Shown here: piece after piece, positions 14,802-22,067 of the stretch
How the letters are laid out: each line of letters begins with the position of its first letter
Position numbering within the stretch: position 1 is the first letter of the stretch
From: Cyanobacteria bacterium P01_H01_bin.26
Lineage (GTDB): Bacteria > Cyanobacteriota > Cyanobacteriia > Phormidesmidales > Phormidesmidaceae
DNA: 24,000 nt
NCBI GenBank assembly: GCA_038748225.1
Contig: JBCDJC010000040.1
Location: 1 to 24,000 of the forward strand
Reading direction: 5' to 3'
The notes under the pieces: model-generated
What the model was told of the DNA's origin: nothing
Database searches by the model: none
Seen by the model: only the letters and a program-made list of their open reading frames with translations
Position numbers and translations under genes: made by a program

Positions 14802-15338
14802 ATGAGAAAACAAGAGACAGATTTCCCGGTTTCACAGCTGATGGAGCGCTATGGTCTGGTGCGATCGCAGGTCTACACCCGCATTAATGCGCTCAAAGTA
14901 CAAAATCCTGAGCTGGCTCCATTTAGAGCAGGGGTACGTTCCTATGTCAGTGAAACGGTACTGGCCTGTCTTGATGAAGTCCATCGGCTGATTAATGAGG
15001 AAGGGCTGACCACTGGGGAAGCGGCTAATCTTGTGGCGGGTAGCTTAGACCGGTCGGCAGCGGACAGCACCGAACAAGAAGATGATATGTCCGGTGTGGC
15101 CTCTCCCCAGGAGGCTCCCTTGATGGCGCTGCGGCGAGTGTTGCAGGCAGAACCCCTGGCCCGTTATGACCTGTTGGATAAGCTCGCAGAGCGGGGATGG
15201 CGATTGCCTACCCGTGAGTTGGCCCTGTTGTTAGGGATGGAAGAACTGACGAGGGAAGCGTTTGAATGCTATGGCTATCGGTTTACCCGAGGGGATGAGG
15301 GTGACCTGGAGATTTCCTGGCGGGTGGAGAAACTTTAG
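14802..15338 (+). CDS. Hypothetical HTH-containing protein
   Basis: ORF read from the first ATG (MRKQETDFPVSQLMERYGLVRSQVYTRINAL, HTH-like). Divergent from 14049-14621. Confidence 0.55.
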   Translation: MRKQETDFPVSQLMERYGLVRSQVYTRINALKVQNPELAPFRAGVRSYVSETVLACLDEVHRLINEEGLTTGEAANLVAGSLDRSAADSTEQEDDMSGVASPQEAPLMALRRVLQAEPLARYDLLDKLAERGWRLPTRELALLLGMEELTREAFECYGYRFTRGDEGDLEISWRVEKL

Positions 15339-15545
15339 GAGGCTATTTGAATAGCTGGCTATCTAGATAGTTAGATGCTTAAGATGTTCTGCTAGCTGAG
15401 CGGAGCCAAAGCTACACCCTACCAGCGCCCCGTTCGACTCTGCTCAGGGGACGCTTATTCCCTAAGGTGATAGCTTTCAAAGGTCATGGCTATCTAAACA
15501 GCCAGATAGTCAGCTATTTAGATATTCAGACAGCTGACTAACCAG
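15339..15545. promoter_or_regulatory. Candidate partition site (parS/parC-like palindromic iterons) upstream of parA
   Basis: GGCTATTTGAATAGC (15340-15354). GGCTATCTAGATAGTT (15357-15372), containing the 12-bp perfect palindrome CTATCTAGATAG at 15359-15370. GGCTATCTAAACAGCCAGATAGTCAGCTATTTAGATA (15488-15524). Confidence 0.45.
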
Positions 15546-15591
15546 CGATGGAATGTCGGTGTAGGCTAGCTGCCAGGCTACTGGTTTTGCT

Positions 15592-16227
15592 ATGAGAATC
15601 GCCATTGTCAGCTTAAAGGGCGGGGTGAGTAAATCGACGCTGTGTGTGAATATTGGGGCGGCGCTGTCAAAGCTGGGCCGTTCGGTGGTGGTGGTGGATG
15701 CGGACCCCCAGGGTTCGATTAATGATTGGGCTACGATTCGCGATGAGGTGTCGAGACCGCCGTTTACGGTGCTGGCGGCGGCCAGGAAAACGCTGAATCG
15801 AGATATTGATGCGTTGCAGGGCAGCCATGATGATTGTTTGATTGATACGCCAGGGCGGGCGGAGGCGATTACGTTGGCTGCGATCTCAGCGGCGGATTTG
15901 GTGTTAATCCCCATCAGTCCATCGTCCTATGACCTGTGGGCTGCTGAGCAAACTTTAGAACGGATGGACCCGATTCGAGCGATCTACACTGACATTAAGA
16001 TTGCCTATGTGGTGAGTAAAGCGGTGGTGGGGTCTTCGTTGGATCGGGAGTTGCGCCAGGTGATTAAGGGGATGGAAGGTGACTTGCTAAAAACGGTGGT
16101 GCATCAGCGGGTGGCGTTTCAGCGCTGTGCCGATGGGGCCACTATCTACGAACTGAAGGATGAAAAGGCCCAGCGAGAGGTGACTAATCTGACTAAGGAA
16201 ATTCTGAAACTGATGGGGGTTGGCTAA
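15592..16227 (+). CDS. parA: ParA-family partition ATPase (small, type Ib-like)
   Basis: Deviant Walker A MRIAIVSLKGGVSKST, then VVVVDADPQGS and CLIDTPG. The stop overlaps the downstream start (TAATG at 16225-16229; a single shared base, 16227). Confidence 0.9.
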   Translation: MRIAIVSLKGGVSKSTLCVNIGAALSKLGRSVVVVDADPQGSINDWATIRDEVSRPPFTVLAAARKTLNRDIDALQGSHDDCLIDTPGRAEAITLAAISAADLVLIPISPSSYDLWAAEQTLERMDPIRAIYTDIKIAYVVSKAVVGSSLDRELRQVIKGMEGDLLKTVVHQRVAFQRCADGATIYELKDEKAQREVTNLTKEILKLMGVG

Positions 16228-16514
16228 TGCCGCAACCGAGACCCAAACGGGATGCTAAGGCGATTGAGCAGTTGATCAATGCGGCCTCAGACGATGGGGC
16301 GGATTTAGGTCCGAGGGTACCGGTGTCGAAAGGGGTGGGTAAGAACAAACGCCCGGATTATCAGAAGCTGTTGGTTTATATTCCGGTGGATCTGCACAGG
16401 GCGCTGAAGCGGGAGGCATTTGATAGTGATGGGGATGTGGATATGAGTGATATCATCGCTGAGCTTTTGGCGGAACGGTATCAGGTGAATTTGGATCGGC
16501 TGATATCTAGATAG
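16227..16514 (+). CDS. Small ParG-like ribbon-helix-helix centromere-binding protein (ParB functional analogue)
   Basis: 95 aa, directly coupled to parA. C-terminus LLVYIPVDLHRALKREAFDSDGDVDMSDIIAELLAERY has an RHH layout. Confidence 0.65.
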   Translation: MPQPRPKRDAKAIEQLINAASDDGADLGPRVPVSKGVGKNKRPDYQKLLVYIPVDLHRALKREAFDSDGDVDMSDIIAELLAERYQVNLDRLISR

Positions 16515-16556
16515 CTAGACAGTTGGATATCTGGCTATTTGGATAGTTGGCTAAGC
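16501..16556. repeat. Second cluster of the par-associated iteron family
   Basis: TGATATCTAGATAGCT (palindrome TATCTAGATA at 16504-16513) and GGCTATTTGGATAGTT (16532-16547). The latter is 13/15 (over its first 15 nt) and 14/16 identical to the copies at 15340 and 15357. Confidence 0.4.
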
Positions 16557-16765
16557 AATGTTGGGGTATCAGTTGAGGGTGGAATAGCGTTCTCAGCACC
16601 TGACTATGCGGTTTCCTTAAAATTTGTAGCAGTCTATTCGCCAGTCAGGAAGAGCGTTTGAGGGATTGCTCAAAAGTTTTTATAGAAAAGCATGCATAAT
16701 TATATGTTTTTACAATAGTATGTAGATATCGATTTTGAATCGGTGTCGGTAATGAGGTTGGTGTT

Positions 16766-17140
16766 ATGCCTGCCAAGAAGAAGAAAGATCCTGATAATAA
16801 GGATCAAAAACCAGTACGCATCTCAGCTATAGATGAAGATGTTCTCACGGCGCTGTTGGGACGTGAGCTATATGGTCTGGAGATTTTGGATCAGTTGAAT
16901 CTGGATCGTCCTAGTGAGCTGAAGTTTGGCAGTTTGTATCCGGCGCTGAATCGTCTTGAAAAGAAGGGATTGGTGTCCTGGAAATGGGGCGATGAGGTGG
17001 ATGAGTCAGGGGGTGCTCGGCGCAAGTATTACAAAGTGACTGGGTTAGGGGTGAGATCTTTAAGGGCGGTACAAGAATATCGAGCCGCACTGGCGCAGCG
17101 AGCGGGGCAGGCTCCGGCTATGTGCGGAGGAGGGACTTGA
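16766..17140 (+). CDS. PadR-family transcriptional regulator
   Basis: LYGLEILDQL...FGSLYPALNRLEKKGLVSWKWGDEVDESGGARRKYYKVTGLG is a canonical PadR wHTH. Confidence 0.85.
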   Translation: MPAKKKKDPDNKDQKPVRISAIDEDVLTALLGRELYGLEILDQLNLDRPSELKFGSLYPALNRLEKKGLVSWKWGDEVDESGGARRKYYKVTGLGVRSLRAVQEYRAALAQRAGQAPAMCGGGT

Positions 17141-17141
17141 G

Positions 17142-18425
17142 GTGGACAAACGGATTAAGCGTACGCTTCGGAAACTATGGCGAGATCGATCGCTGATTAG
17201 CATTGGTGGTCTATTAGTTTTTGGATTTTCTGCCTTACAGCTACAAAGTCTTTTTAAGAGCCGTTCTGTATATCCTTCATGGGTTTTGGACTATTCTTAT
17301 TCAGTTGAGATACTGGTGCATGAGAATGGATCTGAAGAAGAACTAAACAATGCTATCCAAGAGATTTACAAAATCTCACAAGAACGCAACTTACAACGCA
17401 CTCGGATAGTTTTTGAAAAATTAGAGTGGGCTCGGGCTCAGGGGCTGACTTTGGATCTGGCTTTGGATCTGGCTCTGGTTCAGGATTTGGGTCAGGCTCG
17501 GGATCTGGCTCGGGATCTGGCTCGGGATCTGGCTCGTGTTCTGGTTCAGACTTGGGATCGGAATGGGGTTTGGGCTTGGACTCTGGCTCTGGATCAGGAG
17601 CGGGATCAGGCTCGGGCTTTGGATCTGGCTCTGGCTCAGAATCAGGCTCTAGCTCTGGCTCTGGCTCAGGATCTGGCTCTAGCTCGGGTTCAGGCTCAGA
17701 CTAGGGATCAGGATTGGGCTGTGGCTCAGGTTCAGGCTCTAGCTTTATCTCGGGCTCTGGCTCAGGATTTGGCTCAGGATTTGGCTCAGGATTTGGCTCT
17801 GGCTCAGGATTTGGCTCTGGCTCAGGATCATGATCAGGCTCAGGATTTGGCTCAGGATTTAGCTCAGGATTTGGCTTGGGCCAAGGCTCAGAATGTGCTT
17901 CAGGATTTGGCTGTGGCTCAGGATCAGGCTCTGGCTCAGGATTTGGCTCGAGTATCTGACCTGGCTGACGAATTGGTGAAGCTCTTGAATCAGGCTAACA
18001 ACACTCTACTCGTATTCGTCATAGCAACAGAGTTAGAAGAAACTCATGGGTTCACACTACAACATGGAAACACCTTGACAACTCTCTTGAGCCGTGAGCC
18101 TAATCGTGTCCGTACCTTAATGCAGTCAGGAATTTTATTGGGTGCATCAACCATAGTACTGTTCGGTTTGTTAGTGACACTTACCAGGCTCAAAAGAGTG
18201 CCTAACCTACCACGTACCGCCAATCTTATCGCCTTTCTTCCAGAAGAATATGTTGCGGAGCTGGGATACTTACAACGCCGCTTAAGGAAAACAAATAAGT
18301 CTCCCTGGCAAATTCGACGACGGCTGATGCACGAATTTGTCTTTCTACTCTGGGTGCATTACATCCAAGTACAGCTAGATAATCTGTTTTTAGGTTCCAA
18401 CCAAGATCACACTATTGACGACTAA
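17142..18425 (+). CDS. Membrane-anchored protein with a long (A/L)(Q/R)DLA-type low-complexity helical repeat region; PadR-coupled
   Basis: GTG start 1 nt after the PadR stop. Predicted TM segments [17 protein letters not shown] and [18 protein letters not shown]. About 180 aa of DLALDLA / [13 protein letters not shown] / [13 protein letters not shown] repeats. Confidence 0.7.
   Translation: MDKRIKRTLRKLWRDRSLISIGGLLVFGFSALQLQSLFKSRSVYPSWVLDYSYSVEILVHENGSEEELNNAIQEIYKISQERNLQRTRIVFEKLEWARAQGLTLDLALDLALVQDLGQARDLARDLARDLARVLVQTWDRNGVWAWTLALDQERDQARALDLALAQNQALALALAQDLALARVQAQTRDQDWAVAQVQALALSRALAQDLAQDLAQDLALAQDLALAQDHDQAQDLAQDLAQDLAWAKAQNVLQDLAVAQDQALAQDLARVSDLADELVKLLNQANNTLLVFVIATELEETHGFTLQHGNTLTTLLSREPNRVRTLMQSGILLGASTIVLFGLLVTLTRLKRVPNLPRTANLIAFLPEEYVAELGYLQRRLRKTNKSPWQIRRRLMHEFVFLLWVHYIQVQLDNLFLGSNQDHTIDD
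17428..17970 (+). repeat. In-frame degenerate tandem repeat (6/12/18-nt periodicity) inside the 17142-18425 CDS
   Basis: Includes three perfect tandem 12-mers CTCAGGATTTGG (17761-17796), further copies at 17803, 17839 and 17863 (one-mismatch variant at 17851), and interspersed CTCTGG units. Confidence 0.85.
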
Positions 18426-18464
18426 GTTTCAAATCCCCTTGCTACATACCGAGGAGTAAACCTA

Positions 18465-18674
18465 ATGTTTTGCCGTCACAAACGACCGATGCCCACACCA
18501 CCTACACCAGAACCTGACAGTCTAGAATTTAATCTCCGTCTCTCTGGCCCAACAATCGTTAAATTGTTATCTATAGCAGTGGCAATACTATGTGGCTCTG
18601 GTGTACTTGTACATAACACATCTAACATCACACCTATAACCCCATCACCTCCAACGATGCAAACAACTCCATAG
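18465..18674 (+). CDS. Hypothetical small single-pass membrane protein
   Basis: 69-aa ORF with GAGGAG 7 nt upstream of the ATG and one hydrophobic segment, IVKLLSIAVAILCGSGVLV. No homology recognised. Confidence 0.35.
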   Translation: MFCRHKRPMPTPPTPEPDSLEFNLRLSGPTIVKLLSIAVAILCGSGVLVHNTSNITPITPSPPTMQTTP

Positions 18675-18713
18675 AGGGACAACAACCATTTTGGACTATC
18701 AAATGTCAGTTAA

Positions 18714-19414
18714 TCACCATTGAATCTCCTTAAATCGTTCCACATTCAGAGCTGTGTAGCGTTCCGTGTTTTTAATATCCCGATGTCCCATCCACTCCTG
18801 AATAAGACGAGTATCAAACCCTTGATTGGCAAGATGATAACCACAGGCATGGCGCAACATATGGGGATGTACCTTGAACGGTAGGTCAGCCAGCTCGCCA
18901 CATCGCTTTACTAAGCTAGCAATGCCATAGGACGTAATATCAAGTCAGATTGAATAACCACAATATACGACCAGATGAAATAAGCTGTAAGCCTTGTGAA
19001 TTCAGGACTGTGCAGAAATTCATATTGTGGGCTTTCTCGACGACTTGATATAATATGTGTCCCCCGCTCACTGGGAAACAGATATTGCCCAGGTGCAACA
19101 ACTTTGAGACTAGCCAACGCCGCTAGCTCATCAGCCTTGAGCGGATGCACACCGCTTTTACTGCCTTTCAACCGCTTGATATTGAGCAAACTATCATCCA
19201 TCAGCACAGTATCCCAACGCAGAGAGGCCGCTTCACTGGCCCTTAATCCATGGCGATACATCAACAACAATAATGTGAGATCGCGAATAGAATACCGCCC
19301 TCTATTTTCAGCCGAGTCCATTAGCCGTTGCATCTCATCCGCCGTTAGATACTCACGACTGCGATACTGACTATTTTTTCCTCGCTTAAAATTAGCTGTG
19401 CTGGTTTGCAGCAT
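18714..19414 (-). pseudogene. Small tyrosine recombinase (FimB/FimE/Xer-like integrase family) disrupted by a 116-bp insertion
   Basis: N-terminal frame runs to ...LFPSERGTHI. The C-terminal part, (I)TSYGIASLVKRCGELADLPFKVHPHMLRHACGYHLANQGFDTRLIQEWMGHRDIKNTERYTALNVERFKEIQW, lies in another frame. Deleting 18937-19052 restores a single 585-nt (194-aa) ORF with HxxR and the catalytic Tyr. Confidence 0.8.
18938..19052. mobile_element. MITE-like insertion with 10-bp perfect terminal inverted repeats
   Basis: TIRs ATATCAAGTC (18938-18947) and GACTTGATAT (19043-19052). A second internal inverted pair, CCACAATAT / ATATTGTGG, allows a long hairpin. No coding capacity. It sits in an AT-rich target where the TSD is ambiguous (TA or TAT). 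Confidence 0.65.
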
Positions 19415-19433
19415 CGTTTGAATCCAGATTCCC

Positions 19434-19469
19434 TAACTGACTAAATTACAAGTATAAATTAGTCAGTTA
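19434..19469. repeat. 36-bp near-perfect palindrome immediately upstream of the recombinase start
   Basis: TAACTGACTAA (19434-19444) and TTAGTCAGTTA (19459-19469) are perfect 11-bp inverted arms. The 14-nt centre is itself mostly self-complementary and contains TATAAAT. Confidence 0.8.
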
Positions 19470-19573
19470 ATAAACGAGTTTTCAAGGGTTTGGCTCAAAC
19501 GCCCAAAATACGTCGATGTCTATTGAGAATTGACCCTGGCAAAATTCAACTGTCACATGGGGCCTAACTCAAT

Positions 19574-19676
19574 GTTTGTAAGTGTTTACACGGTTAACAG
19601 CGTTTACAGTTTCGGCGACAAAGGAAATAGCCCACGTCTTACCCGGCAACCGTTAACGCTGTCTACACTGTTTACA
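19574..19676 (+). promoter_or_regulatory. Array of GTTTACA-like direct repeats plus two GTTAAC palindromes upstream of an RHH gene (candidate operator)
   Basis: GTTTGTA 19574, GTTTACA 19584, GTTTACA 19602, GTCTACA 19661, GTTTACA 19670. GGTTAACAGCG at 19592-19602 and CGTTAACGCTG at 19651-19661. The array ends 2 nt before the ATG at 19679. Confidence 0.5.
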
Positions 19677-19678
19677 CT

Positions 19679-19891
19679 ATGAGCAAGCCCATCGCTTCTG
19701 CCCGGATTCCCCATAGTTGGCATGACCAGATATGTGCGATCTCAACCGAAACCGATCAAATGCCAAGTGATGTGGTTAAGGAAGCAATTGGTCTATACCT
19801 GGAGAAAACTGATCCAGACAATGTGAACTCAATGGCACGACGACTCAATGCCCTAGAAAAGCAAGTAAGAAAGCTGGTGCAACTGGTTTGA
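19679..19891 (+). CDS. Ribbon-helix-helix (CopG-like) DNA-binding protein
   Basis: 70 aa. ASARIPHSW forms the beta-strand, followed by HDQICAISTETDQ and PSDVVKEAIGLYLEK helices. Confidence 0.7.
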   Translation: MSKPIASARIPHSWHDQICAISTETDQMPSDVVKEAIGLYLEKTDPDNVNSMARRLNALEKQVRKLVQLV

Positions 19892-20174
19892 CAAGCTCTC
19901 TTTCAAGTTCGGGCTTTGGGTGGAGGTTGACCATAAACGTAAGCCATTTGCTTTGGGTAGTGACACATTGCTAATGATAGCCCATCTTGAGAGGTTTTAA
20001 GCTCATAGCAATCGGTCAGAGAGATTACTCATCCTCTGTTTTACTGAACGACAAAACTACTTGAGGAAATCCGATGCTAATTGAGCAATTAATTCTCAAC
20101 GTACTGGTTGAAATTATTAAAATGACCATCGTAGCTGCCCTGCAATGGATGGGCCGTCAAGCAATTACCAAGGC

Positions 20175-20531
20175 TTACGCTGCCTTTGGAAAGAAGACCA
20201 GAGGAGACAACTTAAAATACTCGGACAATCTAGAGACGTGGTCGTGAGTCAGCTCTTCTTTACCAGTCAACACCGCTTGTAACGTCGCTTCTGATTCAAA
20301 TACATTCACGAGGTCACGATAGCGAAAGTTCCGTTCCGTGAGCAATGTCTGAAATGCCTCCAGCCCATGAATATCAGAGATTTCACCATCCTCGCTGATT
20401 TGCGATCGCTCTGAATTTAATCCTTGGTTAAACCACGAGTCAGTCAACTGGCTCAGCAGCTTATCCAAAAGATGGTCAGAAATAGCCATCCCTAAATAGG
20501 AGGAGATCGAAATTAAAACCTGTAACCACAT
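20175..20531 (-). CDS. HigA-like HTH protein, second tandem paralog
   Basis: C-terminus RDLVNVFESEATLQAVLTGKEELTHDHVSRLSEYFKLSPLVFFP parallels KDLVPIFKTESIVSAILNGKRKFTVEHIQKLADYFKIAPTAFFP of the adjacent gene. The start is uncertain (alternative ATG at 20489). Confidence 0.6.
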   Translation of the reverse strand: MWLQVLISISSYLGMAISDHLLDKLLSQLTDSWFNQGLNSERSQISEDGEISDIHGLEAFQTLLTERNFRYRDLVNVFESEATLQAVLTGKEELTHDHVSRLSEYFKLSPLVFFPKAA

Positions 20532-20556
20532 AACTCTTGTCGTGATTAACGCTTAG

Positions 20557-21009
20557 CTAGATATCGTTTACTGGGAAAAAGGCTGTGGGTGCGATCTTGA
20601 AGTAGTCTGCTAGCTTTTGAATATGCTCAACCGTAAACTTACGTTTGCCATTCAAAATCGCTGAAACAATCGACTCCGTCTTAAATATGGGCACCAAATC
20701 CTTTTGCCTTAACCCACGTTCCTCAATCAACGCCTCAAGCAGTTCAACGCCATAGATGTCCTTAATCTGCACCGCCTTCTGCTCATACTCATGAACTAAT
20801 GAACCCAAGACACTGAGGTAATCAACCTCGTCATCGGTTAACTGTGATTGATCCAACAGAGCATCAATCATACGCTGTGTTGCAACGGCCTCAGCTTCTG
20901 ATGTGATTGGGCGAGGTGGAAACTCCGTCAGCAGCTCAAGATATGTTTTCGAGCTTTTCGCTCGTCTTTCATGAACCATAATCAGCCCGCCCATAAACTT
21001 TGCGGACAT
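20557..21009 (-). CDS. higA: HigA-type antitoxin (HTH, COG5499-like)
   Basis: YLELLTEFPPRPITSEAEAVATQRMIDALLD plus a C-terminal HTH. Immediately downstream of higB. The true start may be the ATG at 20979 (MVHERR), which gives an 11-nt overlap with higB. Confidence 0.8.
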   Translation of the reverse strand: MSAKFMGGLIMVHERRAKSSKTYLELLTEFPPRPITSEAEAVATQRMIDALLDQSQLTDDEVDYLSVLGSLVHEYEQKAVQIKDIYGVELLEALIEERGLRQKDLVPIFKTESIVSAILNGKRKFTVEHIQKLADYFKIAPTAFFPVNDI

Positions 21010-21241
21010 ATATTTTTTGATATTTAAAATCTACCCAGGTTTCGACCAGGCAGTCACCCTTATTGGTCTGAAAAGTGACGAACCGCCCTGTTTTCTGGGC
21101 ATCTGGAAATGCTTGGCAGAGATCATCAAAATCTTGCCAGTAGCCTACGGACACAACTTTGAACCAAAGTTGCAGTCCACGTTCATGATCAGAGTTGGCC
21201 TTGAGATATGCCTCAAGGCAAGACATATTGATGATGTGCAT
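20969..21241 (-). CDS. higB: HigB-family mRNA-interferase toxin
   Basis: MHIIN...LQLWFKVVSVGYWQDFDDLCQAFPDAQKTGRFVTFQTNKGDCLVETWVDFKYQKIYVRKVYGRADY matches the HigB_toxin pattern. Confidence 0.85.
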   Translation of the reverse strand: MHIINMSCLEAYLKANSDHERGLQLWFKVVSVGYWQDFDDLCQAFPDAQKTGRFVTFQTNKGDCLVETWVDFKYQKIYVRKVYGRADYGS

Positions 21242-21745
21242 ATCTTGAACTCGAACAAGGAAATAGTGGTGAACAAATCCTTGCGAGGAGTATCAAGACC
21301 AACGCGTGTTTTCGGTGTCGCGTAGATTTAACTATTAAAGCTGATAGCTAAAGTGGCTGACTTCGCGACGTGACCGACACAAGAGGATCTATGTTTTCGT
21401 TTTCGTTTAACTATTCTGATGCTTGTATGAGCAGCAGAGATAGTATTCAGGTAACGAGTGTAGATAATTCTAGTGTCGGCAAACATCGCGAACAGCCTCG
21501 ATAGGTTCCTCGACAACATTGTCTAGTCCTAATAAAGGGCAATCAAATTACGCAATGTTTACCTTTTAATCTAGGGAACAAAGGTAAACACTTAAACTCA
21601 GTAATGCATAGCTAAGTTTAGTGAACTGTGAAAACATATTAGCAAATTGCGAATTTTGTTGCAACCTCGCGCAAGATCAGTGCGCCTATTTCTAAGGTGT
21701 ACCACGTTTTTGATATTCCCAGGGCCTCTCTCTATAAGGGGTTGA

Positions 21746-21991
21746 TCATACTCCTGTCGGTTGCTCCTTAGCTATTTCCTCTGCACGAAGCAATACATCT
21801 GGTTGTAGGCAGCTGTCCGAATACGCCCCATAGTGATAGGCCATCCCATCCATCACCATTTGAGAATTAAGGTGAATCTCTGAACCATCAGGACGGATAA
21901 CAAACAGGTCTGCCACTGTGCGGCCATAGCGGTCTTTCTCAATCGGCACCACCCCAATAGACCCATCACCCTGAGCGACTAGCGATCGCAA
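21746..21991 (-). pseudogene. Thermonuclease (staphylococcal nuclease-like) fragment truncated at the N-terminus
   Basis: DRYGRTVADLFV...GSEIHLNSQMVMDGMAYHYGAYS resembles the C-terminal half of SNase homologues. No ATG is present, the N-terminal OB-fold half is missing, and the C-terminal end looks short. Confidence 0.6.
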
Positions 21992-22067
21992 ATGCTCCTA
22001 CACCTCAATCCCCCCGGCTGATCTATTTCAGGCGAATCCGTCCCGAAAAATCTAAGTTTCAGCGATA

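Noticed and set aside
17426-17704. 92-aa ORF translating as [14 protein letters not shown]…
   Set aside because: It is an alternative frame through the tandem-repeat DNA of the 17142-18425 gene. It is open only because the repeat lacks stop codons in several frames.
17428-17970. Possible CRISPR array, considered because of the dense short repeats
   Set aside because: The units are 6-18 nt, contiguous and in-frame coding, with no unique spacers of 25-40 nt. No CRISPR array or cas gene is visible anywhere in the window.
20074-20247. 57-aa + strand ORF (MLIEQLILNVLVEIIKMTIVAALQWMGRQ…) overlapping the 3' end of the HigA-like gene
   Set aside because: It is short, has no recognisable family or ribosome-binding site, and converges into a better-supported gene. 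The evidence is insufficient.
21328-21519. 63-aa minus-strand ORF in the AT-rich spacer upstream of higB
   Set aside because: No similarity recognised, the composition is odd, and it lies in an AT-rich intergenic region. It is probably spurious.
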